The notes under the pieces are model-generated. The model was not told where the DNA came from. It searched no databases and was given only the letters and a program-made list of their open reading frames with translations. The position numbers and the translations under genes were made by a program. From contig DGDL01000041.1 in the NCBI GenBank assembly GCA_002385415.1, positions 23,345 to 81,000 of the forward strand: 57,656 nt of DNA. The letters are read 5' to 3'. Source of the DNA: Clostridiales bacterium UBA3953. Lineage in GTDB: Bacteria > Bacillota > Clostridia > Oscillospirales > CAG-272. Positions 45,049 through 55,377 of the stretch are shown piece by piece; position 1 is the stretch's first letter, and each line of letters starts with the position of its first letter.

Positions 45049-45831
45049 TTAGCTGTCCGTGCTTATTTCATCCGAGGTCGGCCTGCTCCTGTGGGTGGTA
45101 TCAAGCGTGAGCAGCAGCTCGCCGTCCTCGTTGCAAAGCCTCACGCGCTGTGCGCGCAACAGCTCGAGCAGCGCCAAAAACGTCGCCACCAGCTCCGACC
45201 GCGACCTGCACTCGTAAAGCAGATCGTCGAAGTCGGTCCCGGGCTCTCCGTACAGCCTGCGCATCAGCCAAAGTATGCGCTCGGCTACCGGAACAGTGCG
45301 GCCGGCAAGCAGCTTTTCAAGCGTCCGTTCCGAGCGCAGCACAAGCCGGGGAAGCTCGCGCTTCCTCTCGAGAATTCTGGCAAACGCACGGCTTACAAGG
45401 GACACGTCGAGGCCCGCCGGCGGCTCGGCGCTCGGTGGGAGCGCGTCGGGTTCGCGGGTATATCTGCCTGCATGCTTTTCGTAAAGCTCGGCGAGCTTTG
45501 TGGCGGCGGCTTTTGCGCGCCGGTACTCCACAAGCGCAGCCGAAAGCGCCGCTCTGGGGTCCTCCTCGTCGTCCGAAGACGATTTGGGGAGCAGCATGCG
45601 GCTTTTTATCAGCATCAGCTCGGCCGCGCAGACGATAAACTCGCCGGCAATCTCCATATCGAGCGCGCGCATTGCGTCGAGATACTCCATATACTGCTCC
45701 AAAATCAGAGCGATGGGTATATCGAAAATATCGACCTTGTTTTTTTCAATAAGCGAAAGCAGCAGGTCGAGCGGCCCTTCAAAGACCTCAAGCTTAAAGC
45801 TCGGGGTTTGCGGCTCGTGACTTGCATTCAC
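45049..45831 (-). CDS. scpA: segregation and condensation protein A
   Basis: FEGPLDLLLSLIEKNKVDIFDIPIA is typical of ScpA. The GTG start has a GAGGT RBS. Confidence 0.85.
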   Translation of the reverse strand: MNASHEPQTPSFKLEVFEGPLDLLLSLIEKNKVDIFDIPIALILEQYMEYLDAMRALDMEIAGEFIVCAAELMLIKSRMLLPKSSSDDEEDPRAALSAALVEYRRAKAAATKLAELYEKHAGRYTREPDALPPSAEPPAGLDVSLVSRAFARILERKRELPRLVLRSERTLEKLLAGRTVPVAERILWLMRRLYGEPGTDFDDLLYECRSRSELVATFLALLELLRAQRVRLCNEDGELLLTLDTTHRSRPTSDEISTDS

Positions 45832-45842
45832 GGCGGTTTACC

Positions 45843-46526
45843 TCACAATCCGTTCAGACCGAGCAGTGTCCCCATGCCATTCAGCGTTTGGCTTATCAAA
45901 AAGGACAGCGGTCTGTCAAGCAGTCCGGTAAAAAGCAAAATCATTATCCCGAAGGCGATGTAGCGCTCGTATTTCATTATACCGAAATACAGTTTGTCGG
46001 GCAGGAAACTAAACAAAATCCTCGAGCCGTCGAGAGGGGGCATGGGCAACAGGTTGAAAATCGCCAGCGCCGTGTTCATCGAAGCAAACAAATAAAGAAA
46101 CATTATGGTATAGGCGGCAAGGTAAAACGCAAACCCCGGCGCGATGTACTCGGGCAGGAAAAAGTACAATATGCGCAAAAGCAGCAGGCCGAAAAAAGCC
46201 AGCAAAAGGTTTGACACCGGCCCCGCGAGCGCCGACAGCGCCATCCCGATCTTTGGATTTTTGAACCGGCGCGCGTTTATAGGAACGGGCTTTGCCCAGC
46301 CGAACCCAAAAATCAGCATCACAATCGCGCCGAGCGGGTCAAGATGGTGCAGCGGGTTGAGCGACAGGCGCCCCATATCGCGTGCGGTTGTGTCGCCCAG
46401 CCATAATGCAACGCGCCCGTGTGACGTTTCGTGTACGGTCAGCGCGATGAGAATGATGGGTATGCGCAATAGCAGAAGCGGTATGTCCTGGACGGTCAAG
46501 TTGCCGGACAAAATGTTTGAAAGCAT
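45843..46526 (-). CDS. site-2 protease family (M50) membrane metalloprotease
   Basis: HExxH motif (HETSHG) in a TM helix, in a polytopic protein of 227 aa. Confidence 0.78.
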   Translation of the reverse strand: MLSNILSGNLTVQDIPLLLLRIPIILIALTVHETSHGRVALWLGDTTARDMGRLSLNPLHHLDPLGAIVMLIFGFGWAKPVPINARRFKNPKIGMALSALAGPVSNLLLAFFGLLLLRILYFFLPEYIAPGFAFYLAAYTIMFLYLFASMNTALAIFNLLPMPPLDGSRILFSFLPDKLYFGIMKYERYIAFGIMILLFTGLLDRPLSFLISQTLNGMGTLLGLNGL

Positions 46527-46635
46527 GGCAGAGTTTCCTTATACAATCGGGCGCAATCGAGCGCGGTGCTCTATTGATTTTTGACGCGCTGCGGGGATTT
46601 CACACGCTTTTTTGCGCGCCGCGCGAAAAATTCCT

Positions 46636-47937
46636 TCAGCGAACGTTGTCCAGCTTGACAATATCGCTGTTTGTCTCGCGCTCGACCGCCACATAGTCGC
46701 CGTTTGGCGAAAGCACAATGATGGGGGGGCGGGGAATACGGTTGTAATTTGACGCCATTGAGTAGTTATAGGCGCCGGTGCAGCAGACGGCAAGGATGTC
46801 GCCGCGCTCACACCTCTGAATTTTGATGCCTTCCGCGAGCAGGTCGCCGCTTTCACAGCAGCGGCCGGCAACGGTACACTCGAAATCGGCGGGCTCGGCC
46901 GCGCGGTTTGCCACAATTATCGTATAGGGGGAGGAGTAAAGCGCATAGCGCGGGTTGTCTGTCATGCCGCCGTCCACCGAAACATAGCTTTTATAGCCCG
47001 TAATGTGTTTTACACTGCCCACGGTGTACAGCGTCACGCCCGCGTTTGCCACAATCGAGCGGCCCGGTTCGAGTAGAATCCTTGGAACAGGCAGCCCCGT
47101 CTCGGCACACGACGAGGTGACCGCTTCGCAGACGGCTTTAACATTTGCTTCAATATCTATATGCGGATGGTCGTCTATATAGCGCACCGCAAACCCGCCG
47201 CCGAGATTGAGCACCTGTGGCGCCCAGCCGAGCGTATCCACACACTCCTTAGCAAACGCAACCATTATCTCTGCCGCGTCGACGAACGGGTCGGGCTCGA
47301 AAATCTGCGAGCCGATGTGACAGTGCAGTCCGTCGAGCTGCAAATTCTTTTTGGCAAGCGCAAGTTGAGCAAACTTGATAGCCTGTCCCGTCTCGATAGC
47401 CACGCCGAACTTGGAATCGACGCTGCCGGTTATGATTTTTCGGTGGGTCTGCGGGTCAATGCCGGGCGACAGGCGCAAAAGTATCCGCTGCCGCACACCA
47501 AGCTCGCCGGCGATGCGGTCCAGCGCCTCAAGCTCGTCAAAATTATCGACTACAAACGTACCGACACCGACCTCAATAGCATAGCGTATATCCGCGTCGG
47601 TTTTACTGTTGCCGTGAAAATAGGCACGCTCCATGGGAAAGCCTGCTTTTACCGCGGTGGCTATCTCGCCGGGCGACACCACGTCGGCGCCCAGCCCTTC
47701 CTCGGCAACAATTCTGTATATGGAGGCACAGCACAGTGCCTTGCCGGCGTAAAGGGGAAACGAGCCGGACGGCGCATATTTTGCGAGTGCGGATTTGTAG
47801 ATGCGGCAGTTTCGGCGCACGGTTTCCTCGTCGATAAAATATGCCGGAGTGCCGTATTTTTCGGCAAGAGAAACGGCGTCGCGCCCCGCAACGGTAAGCC
47901 GGCCGTCAGCATTTATACCAAGACAGGGTTGGATCAT
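46636..47937 (-). CDS. lysA: diaminopimelate decarboxylase
   Basis: PLP-fold motifs (YAGKAL, HCHIGSQI, GGGFAV) and CESGD. The start is at MIQPCLG, which has a CAGGAGA RBS. Confidence 0.88.
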   Translation of the reverse strand: MIQPCLGINADGRLTVAGRDAVSLAEKYGTPAYFIDEETVRRNCRIYKSALAKYAPSGSFPLYAGKALCCASIYRIVAEEGLGADVVSPGEIATAVKAGFPMERAYFHGNSKTDADIRYAIEVGVGTFVVDNFDELEALDRIAGELGVRQRILLRLSPGIDPQTHRKIITGSVDSKFGVAIETGQAIKFAQLALAKKNLQLDGLHCHIGSQIFEPDPFVDAAEIMVAFAKECVDTLGWAPQVLNLGGGFAVRYIDDHPHIDIEANVKAVCEAVTSSCAETGLPVPRILLEPGRSIVANAGVTLYTVGSVKHITGYKSYVSVDGGMTDNPRYALYSSPYTIIVANRAAEPADFECTVAGRCCESGDLLAEGIKIQRCERGDILAVCCTGAYNYSMASNYNRIPRPPIIVLSPNGDYVAVERETNSDIVKLDNVR

Positions 47938-48041
47938 CTGGTTTTCTCCTGAACTTGAAAAATAAGTCAATTTTAGTTTAGGTAAAAATATGCCGGGCGG
48001 CGGCACGCAAGGCAAAAACCGACCGCCCCGCCCGGCCTTTT

Positions 48042-48905
48042 TTATTTCATGTCGCGTACAAGATAGCGCCCGACGGTCGCCATGAATTTCGAGGCCTCAA
48101 ACGACAGCTCGGGCGGAAAGCCGGATATGAAATTGTCAGCTTCAAACGTAAACACGCCCGAGTAACCTATCTCTATGAGCGCGTCTATTATCTCGCGCCA
48201 CCTGATGGAGCGAGTGAAGGGCAATGTATGCAGGTCACTTGTCTTATCATTGTCGTGGACATGCAGCGCGCGCAAGCGTTTTCCGCCGAGCGCACGGATC
48301 ATGGAAACCGCGGAGAATGCGCCCGCACCTCTCAGTTCGGCGTGGCCGATGTCGAGGCATGCGCAGAAATATCTTTCATCGAGCGAGTCTATGTAGTCCA
48401 CAAACTCGGCTTCGGTGGAGCAGACCGCGGGCGTGACATGCCCGTCTGCGAATCCGAACATGTTTTCAACGGCAACAATGACTCCGAACTGCTCGCAATA
48501 GGGCTTGAGCCGGTTGTAAAACGCCATGTTGACCGCTTTGCGCTCGCAGTAAGTCTCGCCGTGCGTGATCGGATGCACAATGATGGTTTCGGCACCGAGT
48601 ATGCCCGCAATCTCCATGGAGCGCACAATGAGATCGAATATCATGGCATTGTATTCTTCGTTGCCGTGCCTGTACGAGGGGAACGGGGCGTGCGCCTGGT
48701 TAAACCGCACGCCGTGTTTTTCGGCGGTCTCACGCAGCAGTCGCGCGTGTTCGCGATAGTCGCTGCGCGTCAGAACCGATGTTGTGGGGTTAATGTCGAA
48801 CATCGAATAATCGAGTGCGTCCCAGCCGGCCTCCGCGAGCAGCCGAATGGCTTCGGTTTCACCGAACCTGCGGGACATGACTTCGGTTTGAGTTGAAATC
48901 TGCAA
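48042..48905 (-). CDS. sugar phosphate isomerase/epimerase (xylose isomerase-like TIM barrel)
   Basis: 287 aa with the AP-endonuclease-2/TIM-barrel pattern (...VHPI..., ...VENM..., ...DIGHA..., ...HVHDN...). Confidence 0.7.
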   Translation of the reverse strand: MQISTQTEVMSRRFGETEAIRLLAEAGWDALDYSMFDINPTTSVLTRSDYREHARLLRETAEKHGVRFNQAHAPFPSYRHGNEEYNAMIFDLIVRSMEIAGILGAETIIVHPITHGETYCERKAVNMAFYNRLKPYCEQFGVIVAVENMFGFADGHVTPAVCSTEAEFVDYIDSLDERYFCACLDIGHAELRGAGAFSAVSMIRALGGKRLRALHVHDNDKTSDLHTLPFTRSIRWREIIDALIEIGYSGVFTFEADNFISGFPPELSFEASKFMATVGRYLVRDMK

Positions 48906-48920
48906 TGCTTCCTACCTGCC

Positions 48921-49499
48921 TTACCCTAAAAATTTATTTATCTCCGCCCAAAGCTCAGCCCGACCTTCGCCGGTCAGCGAGGAAAAGGGAATTACCGTAG
49001 CGCCGGCTGACCTCATCTCGGCAAGCCGTGCTTCGCGTGCGGTTTTAATCAACTTGTCGATTTTGGTGGCAGCGTATACAAAGGGAACGCGCGCGGCATT
49101 CATCCATTCCGACATCGCATGGTCGTCGGCGGAAGCGCCTGCTTTGGCGTCGATAAGCTGAATGAAGAAGCGCGGGCCGGGATACGGCGAGCGCAGAAAC
49201 TCGTCGGTCAGCGCCGACCAGCGTTTTTGCTCCTCGCGGGAGCGCCTGGCAAATCCGTAACCGGGCAGGTCGACGAACCACAGCTTGCCGTCGACATCGT
49301 AGAAATTGACGGTTATGGTCTTGCCAGGCATCGAGCTGACGCGCGCCAGCCCCTTGCGCCCGAGAAGGGTGTTTATAAGCGAGCTTTTGCCCACATTGGA
49401 GCGCCCGGAAAATATTATCTGCGGCCGCCCGTCGCGCGGAAACTGATCCGGGCGCCCGGCAGACACATACAATGCGACATTGTTTAAGTTAAGTTTCAT
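48921..49499 (-). CDS. engB: ribosome biogenesis GTP-binding protein YsxC/EngB
   Basis: GRSNVGKSSLIN P-loop, DLPGYG, and a position directly downstream of lon. Confidence 0.9.
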   Translation of the reverse strand: MKLNLNNVALYVSAGRPDQFPRDGRPQIIFSGRSNVGKSSLINTLLGRKGLARVSSMPGKTITVNFYDVDGKLWFVDLPGYGFARRSREEQKRWSALTDEFLRSPYPGPRFFIQLIDAKAGASADDHAMSEWMNAARVPFVYAATKIDKLIKTAREARLAEMRSAGATVIPFSSLTGEGRAELWAEINKFLG

Positions 49500-49611
49500 T
49501 ACAGCTCCTTTGGAAACTGCTATCTTTATTTATCGGCAAAATGCGGCTTGGCGGCACGAGCACGCAGCAAATAATTGCCGTCACATCTTCCGCCGGAGAG
49601 CGCTGCGCAAG

Positions 49612-52026
49612 TTACGGCTGCGCATCTTGATTGTCCCTGCGAACCAGTGCGGTTTTCAGCACCTCGCTTATTTCGCGGCAGTGCACAAATTTGATTGCCT
49701 CGCGAACGGTCGGGTCAATATCTTCAAGGTCGCGCGTGTTGTCCTCGGGTATGCAGACCTCGGTTACGCCTGCTTTATAGGCAGCCATGGACTTTTCACG
49801 CAGGCCTCCGACGGGTAGCACATGGCCCCGCAGCGTTATCTCGCCGGTCATCGCGACGTCGCGGCGTACCGGTATGCCTGAAAGTTCGCTGACCAGTGCG
49901 GTTGCTATTGTGATCCCTGCAGAGGGGCCGTCTTTGGGTATTGCGCCTTCCGGGACATGGATATGTATGTCCCGGGTCTTGTAAAAGTCGGCATCAACCC
50001 CCAGCGCCTCGGAGTTGGCGCGGATGTAGCTGACCGCAGCGCGCGCCGACTCTTTCATCACGTCGCCGAGCGAGCCCGTCAGCTCGAGCTTGCCGGTGCC
50101 GGGCATGGAAACTGCCTCGACACGCAAAAGCTCGCCGCCCATCTCGGTGTATGCAAGGCCGTTGACGACACCGATCGCGTCGTTTGCAATGACGGTTTCG
50201 GGTCTGACTTTGCGTACCCCGAGGTATTTGCTTATTTCTTCTGCGGTAATTTTCACCGATTTAGCACCTGTTTCGACAATCTCCATCGCGGCCTTGCGGC
50301 AAAGTTTCGCAATTTCGCGCTCGAGATTGCGAACACCGGCTTCTTGGGTATAAAAGTCTATAACTTCAAGTATGGCGTCGTCGGAAATGCGCAGCATGCG
50401 CTTGTTTAAACCGTGACGCTTCAGCTGTTTCGGTATAAGATGGTTTTTCGCTATCCCCAGCTTTTCGTGGCGGGTGTAGGTTTGAAGCTCGATGACCTCC
50501 ATACGGTCGACAAGCGGACGCGGTATGGTCGAAAGCGTGTTTGCTGTGGCGATGAAAAGGCAGTCGGAAAGATCCATCGGCATCTCGACAAAATGGTCGC
50601 GGAAGGTTTTGTTCTGTTCCGCGTCCAGCACTTCGAGCAGCGCCGATGCCGGGTCGCCGTGCGCATCCCGGGTAAGCTTGTCAATCTCGTCAAGCAGTAT
50701 AAGAGGGTTGCGCGTGCCGGCCTGACGCAAAGCGTTTATAATCCGGCCGGGCATGGCGCCTACATAAGTCTTGCGGTGGCCGCGGATGTCGGCTTCGTCG
50801 CGGATGCCGCCGAGCGACACGCGCACATACTTGCGCCCCGTCGCTTTTGCAATCGAAGCGGCGATGGACGTTTTTCCCGTGCCGGGCGGGCCGACAAGGC
50901 ACAGTATCTGGTTGCGCAGCTCGGGGTTGAGCTGCTTTACTGCGATGTATTCGAGGATGCGCTCTTTGACTTTTTCAAGTCCGTCGTGGTCTCGCTCGAG
51001 CACCTTGCGTGCAGCGGCAACATTGGCGCGCTCTTTGGACAGTTTTGTCCACGGCAGCTCGAGGCAAAGATCAAGGTAGTTGCGCAACACGCTCGCCTCA
51101 GCCGAGTTATAGGGCGTTTTGGCAAGCTTTTTTACCTCGCGCACCAGCTTTTCGTTGATTTCCTTCGGCAGCTTTGCGGCTTCGATTTTCTGGTAATACT
51201 CATCGATTTCATCGTCCTCGTCGTCGGTGTAACCAAGCTCGTTCTTTATAGCCTTTAGCTGCTCTTTAAGATAATACTCGCGTTGGTTGCTTTCGATCTG
51301 GCGGCGCACGCGGCGGTGGATGTCAAGCTCGGTCGAAAGAATGTCGCGCTCCCGCTCCATTATGACGGCAAGCAGCTCGAGCCGGCGCAGAGGGTTGAAC
51401 TCCTCGAGCACCTGTTGTTTGTCGAGTGGATTTATAAGAACATTGCTTGCCACAAAATCGGCGAGCAGACCGGGGTTGCGTATCGATTTAACCGCCGTGA
51501 TAAGCTCGTTTGAAAGGCGCGGCAAAAATTTTACAAATTCGTCAAACGCGGTGTTAATCTCATGTATAAGCGCTTCGCCTTTTATACCGCCGTTGTCTTC
51601 AACCCTGATGGTTTTGGCGATAACGTCGGCAACGAGGCCGGAAGCCGTGTCATAGCAGCGGCTGAGCGTCGCGCGCGAGGTTCCTTCAAGAAACACGCGC
51701 AGCGTACCCTCGGGCAGCTTGACGGACTGGCGTATTTTTGCCACTGTTCCGACCGAAAAGACCTGACTTATGATGCTCGAAGCATCGTCGCCCTCTGTCT
51801 CGCCGCCGGGAGCATCTTTCACCGACTCAAGCTGTTCCTCGCTTTCGATGGGGCGGCGCTGAACAGCGAAAAGCATGCCGTCCGCCGCTTCCGCGCGTTC
51901 GCAGGCTGATATCGCAGCCTCGCTCGAAACCTCAAAACTGATGGGTATGAGCGGGAATACCGTTATTGAATCAAGTATGAGCACCGGAAGGGTCATCGGC
52001 TCGACTTTTTCGATGTATCTCTGCAT
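49612..52026 (-). CDS. lon: endopeptidase La (Lon protease)
   Basis: AAA+ motif GPPGTGKTS and the catalytic PKDGPSAG; 804 aa. Confidence 0.93.
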   Translation of the reverse strand: MQRYIEKVEPMTLPVLILDSITVFPLIPISFEVSSEAAISACERAEAADGMLFAVQRRPIESEEQLESVKDAPGGETEGDDASSIISQVFSVGTVAKIRQSVKLPEGTLRVFLEGTSRATLSRCYDTASGLVADVIAKTIRVEDNGGIKGEALIHEINTAFDEFVKFLPRLSNELITAVKSIRNPGLLADFVASNVLINPLDKQQVLEEFNPLRRLELLAVIMERERDILSTELDIHRRVRRQIESNQREYYLKEQLKAIKNELGYTDDEDDEIDEYYQKIEAAKLPKEINEKLVREVKKLAKTPYNSAEASVLRNYLDLCLELPWTKLSKERANVAAARKVLERDHDGLEKVKERILEYIAVKQLNPELRNQILCLVGPPGTGKTSIAASIAKATGRKYVRVSLGGIRDEADIRGHRKTYVGAMPGRIINALRQAGTRNPLILLDEIDKLTRDAHGDPASALLEVLDAEQNKTFRDHFVEMPMDLSDCLFIATANTLSTIPRPLVDRMEVIELQTYTRHEKLGIAKNHLIPKQLKRHGLNKRMLRISDDAILEVIDFYTQEAGVRNLEREIAKLCRKAAMEIVETGAKSVKITAEEISKYLGVRKVRPETVIANDAIGVVNGLAYTEMGGELLRVEAVSMPGTGKLELTGSLGDVMKESARAAVSYIRANSEALGVDADFYKTRDIHIHVPEGAIPKDGPSAGITIATALVSELSGIPVRRDVAMTGEITLRGHVLPVGGLREKSMAAYKAGVTEVCIPEDNTRDLEDIDPTVREAIKFVHCREISEVLKTALVRRDNQDAQP

Positions 52027-52300
52027 AGTGTACTTTACCTGTTATTTGACAGCCTCGTGCGGCAGAGCCGACGGGCATAGTTTTATTTCAATTTTATTAA
52101 TTAACATTGCTGCTACAATTATAACAGTATACCATGAATTCGGTGATTAAATCAAGAGCTAATAAAGAGCAATTTATGAACTCTGCCAGGTCGGCGGCGC
52201 CAGCAGTATAATTACGGCCGTCATGCAATATAATTTATACCGTACGGGCAGCGCCGGCAACAGTATTTAATACGGGTCGCGCAAAGTCTTTTAAAATCTA

Positions 52301-52329
52301 TTGACAAAGCAGATTAAAAATGATACAAT
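52301..52329 (+). promoter_or_regulatory. near-consensus sigma-A promoter for the riboswitch/ATPase transcript
   Basis: TTGACA at 52301-52306, a 17-nt spacer, then TACAAT at 52324-52329. Confidence 0.65.
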
Positions 52330-52337
52330 AATTGTCA

Positions 52338-52532
52338 GCATAAGGGAGTAGTTTGCGCGGCGATATTTTTTGCAGCTCAATAATAGAATACCCGCCGCGT
52401 TGTTTAAAGTCAACATCATGATCGGAACAATGAAGCTTTATTCCGGTCTGGCTTTAAACACGCACCCTATATAGAGTGCCGATAAACGAGACTTATGTAT
52501 GGCAAGCTGCTGTACATGATGTCTCGTTTTTT
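52338..52532 (+). promoter_or_regulatory. yybP-ykoY (Mn2+) riboswitch-like leader with its terminator expression platform
   Basis: P1 pairs CATAAG with CTTATG. The conserved GGAGTAG follows the 5' P1 strand and ...AAACGAGAC precedes the 3' P1 strand. Internal stems are GCGCGGCG/CGCCGCG(T), TGTTTAAAG/CTTTAAACA and GCAC/GTGC. The terminator at 52484-52532 shares the 3' P1 strand. Confidence 0.6.
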
Positions 52533-52565
52533 AATAAACTCATAAAAAGGAAAGGGAGCTAAACC

Positions 52566-55229
52566 TTGAAACACTATCTCAGGACCGCCGCCGATACGGT
52601 ATCGGAGCTGGAATCGCAGCTCACAGGACTTTCGGCTGCGGAGGCGGCAAAGCGGCTCGCCCGCGACGGCCGCAATAAGCTGGACGAGGGTAAAAAGATC
52701 ACACTCGTGCAGCGCTTTATCGAACAGCTCGTCAACCCCATGGTTTTGGTGCTTATTGCAGCCGCCGCTATATCGGCGCTGACGTCGGCGATATCAAAAG
52801 AAGCTCCGACCGACGTTTTCGTTATCATGGCAGTCGTGCTGCTCAACACCATACTGGGCGTTGTGCAGGAAAGCAAGGCTGAAAAGGCTATCGAGGCACT
52901 GCGCGAGCTTGCGTCGCCCACCTCCAAGGTAATACGGGACGGCAAACTTACGGTTGTAAAAACCGAGGAGATAGTTGTAGGAGACATTGTCGTGCTCGAC
53001 ACCGGCGACTCGGTTCCTGCCGACGGCCGTATAATAGAGTGCGCGAGCATGAAATGCGACGAAGCCGCGCTGACCGGAGAGTCGGTGCCGGTCGAAAAGA
53101 CATCCGACCCGCTCGAGTCGAAGGGAAGCGGCGATGTGCCGCTCGGCGACCGCGTCAACATGGTCTATATGGGCAGCACGGTCGTTTATGGCCGCGGCCG
53201 CTTTGTAGTCACCGCGACCGGCATGAATACCGAGATGGGCAAGATAGCGGACGTGCTCACCCGCACGGTCGAGGACGACACGCCGCTGCAAAAGAAACTT
53301 TCCTCACTAAGCAAAATACTCACATATCTCGTGCTCGGCATCTGCCTTTTCATATTTGTCATTGGAATGTTTAAAACCGGCGGGTTTACGCTCGATTCGA
53401 TGCTTCAGTCGTTTATGCTCGCCGTTTCGCTGGCCGTCGCCGCAATACCGGAGGGACTTGCCGCCGTCGTTACCATAGTGCTGTCGATGGGCGTGACCAA
53501 AATGTCGCGCCGCAACGCTATTATACGCAAGCTGACGGCGGTCGAAACGCTCGGCTGTACGCAGGTAATCTGCTCGGACAAAACCGGCACGCTTACCCAA
53601 AATAAAATGACCGTTGTCGAGCATGTTTCCTCCGATGAAAAGCTGCTTGCCACATCACTTGCGCTGTGCTCGGACTCGGAGCTGAACGAGCAGGGCATAG
53701 CCGAAGGCGACCCCACACAGAATGCGTGTGTCAACTTTGCAATGACGCTTGGCATGCCCAAACCGCAGCTGAAAGCCGAGTTTCCGCGTGTGGCCGAGAT
53801 ACCGTTCGACTCGATGCGCAAGATGATGACAACCGTCCACAAAACATCGGGCGGCAAGGTTATACAGCATACGACCGGCGCGCCCGACGTGATAATCGAC
53901 CGCTGCAACCGGTATCTTGAGGGCGGGAAAATCATGCCCATGACGGAGGAAAAGCGCGCCTACTTTAAATCCGAAAACAAGCGCATGGCAAGCAAGGCGC
54001 TGCGCGTGCTCGCCGCATCGTATACCGAGCTGCCTTCGGCGCCCCCAAAGCTCGAGCCGCAGGAGATGGAGCGTGACCTTATCTTCATAGGCCTTGTCGG
54101 CATGATGGACCCTGTGCGCGAGGAAGTGCCCGCCGCTATCCAGCGCTGCCGCGAAGCCGGCATCCGCCCGATAATGATTACGGGAGACCACCGCGACACC
54201 GCCGCCGCCATAGCAAAGCAGCTTGGCATAATAGCAAATGACGACGAGGCTATCACCGGCACCGAGCTCGACGCCATATCCGACGAGGACTTCCGGGAAC
54301 TTGTTACCCACTACTCGGTTTACGCGCGCGTCAAGCCCGAGCATAAGGTGCGCATAGTCAACGCATGGCGCGCCCGCGGCATGGTGACCGCAATGACAGG
54401 TGACGGCGTAAACGACGCTCCCTCGATTAAAAGCGCCGACATAGGCGTCGGCATGGGCATCACCGGCACCGACGTCACAAAAAACGTCGCCGACATGATA
54501 CTTGCCGACGACAACTTTGCAACCATTGTCACCGCCGTTGAAGAAGGCCGCCGCGTCTATGACAACATACGCAAAGCAATACAGTTTTTGCTTTCGTCCA
54601 ACCTCAGCGAGGTAATAGGAATATTTGTCGCCACTTTGATGGGTTTCATGCTTCTCCGGCCCATCCACATCCTGTTTATAAATCTTATCACAGACTCGCT
54701 GCCGGCGCTTGCGCTTGGAATGGAAAAAAGCGAGCCCGACATCATGCGCCGCCCGCCCCGCGATTCAAACGAAGGGATATTTGCGCACGGTGTGGGAATA
54801 AGCGTGATGTATCAGGGCATAGCCGTTTCGATACTGACACTCGTTGCATATTTCGTCGGCCACTATATCGAAAGCGGTGTTTGGGAGATTGCAAACAGCG
54901 CAGACGGTATGACAATGGCGTTTCTCACAATGTCGATGGCCGAAATCTTTCACTCTTACAATATGCGCTCGCATAAAAATTCAATATTCACGCTCGGCAC
55001 GCACAACTACTATCTGTTCGGCGCCATGGCAATGTCGCTCGTTTTGACGACGACGGTTATCTATGTGCCTTTCCTGCGCGAGCTTTTCTCGTTTGAGTTT
55101 ATAGATGCTCGTGAATACTTCATAGCGCTTGGTCTCGCCTTCCTTATAATCCCGATTGTTGAGATAGTCAAGATATTCCACCGCCTTTATGACCGCCGAG
55201 CTGCGCAAAAGTCAAAAAAATCAGCCTAA
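52566..55229 (+). CDS. cation-translocating P-type ATPase (Ca2+/Mn2+, P2A-like)
   Basis: CSDKTGTLT phosphorylation site, TGES, TGDGVNDAP, and 10 TM-like segments. It has a TTG start. Confidence 0.88.
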   Translation: MKHYLRTAADTVSELESQLTGLSAAEAAKRLARDGRNKLDEGKKITLVQRFIEQLVNPMVLVLIAAAAISALTSAISKEAPTDVFVIMAVVLLNTILGVVQESKAEKAIEALRELASPTSKVIRDGKLTVVKTEEIVVGDIVVLDTGDSVPADGRIIECASMKCDEAALTGESVPVEKTSDPLESKGSGDVPLGDRVNMVYMGSTVVYGRGRFVVTATGMNTEMGKIADVLTRTVEDDTPLQKKLSSLSKILTYLVLGICLFIFVIGMFKTGGFTLDSMLQSFMLAVSLAVAAIPEGLAAVVTIVLSMGVTKMSRRNAIIRKLTAVETLGCTQVICSDKTGTLTQNKMTVVEHVSSDEKLLATSLALCSDSELNEQGIAEGDPTQNACVNFAMTLGMPKPQLKAEFPRVAEIPFDSMRKMMTTVHKTSGGKVIQHTTGAPDVIIDRCNRYLEGGKIMPMTEEKRAYFKSENKRMASKALRVLAASYTELPSAPPKLEPQEMERDLIFIGLVGMMDPVREEVPAAIQRCREAGIRPIMITGDHRDTAAAIAKQLGIIANDDEAITGTELDAISDEDFRELVTHYSVYARVKPEHKVRIVNAWRARGMVTAMTGDGVNDAPSIKSADIGVGMGITGTDVTKNVADMILADDNFATIVTAVEEGRRVYDNIRKAIQFLLSSNLSEVIGIFVATLMGFMLLRPIHILFINLITDSLPALALGMEKSEPDIMRRPPRDSNEGIFAHGVGISVMYQGIAVSILTLVAYFVGHYIESGVWEIANSADGMTMAFLTMSMAEIFHSYNMRSHKNSIFTLGTHNYYLFGAMAMSLVLTTTVIYVPFLRELFSFEFIDAREYFIALGLAFLIIPIVEIVKIFHRLYDRRAAQKSKKSA

Positions 55230-55248
55230 TATACGCTAATTGTAAAAT

Positions 55249-55283
55249 TGCACAGCCCGATCGGTTTGGGCTGTGCATATTTT
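55249..55283 (+). terminator. intrinsic terminator after the ATPase gene
   Basis: TGCACAGCCC / GGGCTGTGCA stem followed by TATTTT. Confidence 0.75.
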
Positions 55284-55377
55284 GTGATTATGTATAGTTG
55301 ACTTTACCGCGGATTTAGCGCATAATGACAACAGTGTTACGACAATATTAATAATCCGGGAAAGGCGGTAGCAAATC

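Noticed and set aside
52027-52060. CtsR-like operator (GTCAAA heptad repeat) just upstream of lon. The minus strand reads CTGTCAAATAACAGGTAAAG.
   Set aside because: Only the first heptad resembles GGTCAAA. The second half-site is both mis-spaced and a 5/7 match at best.
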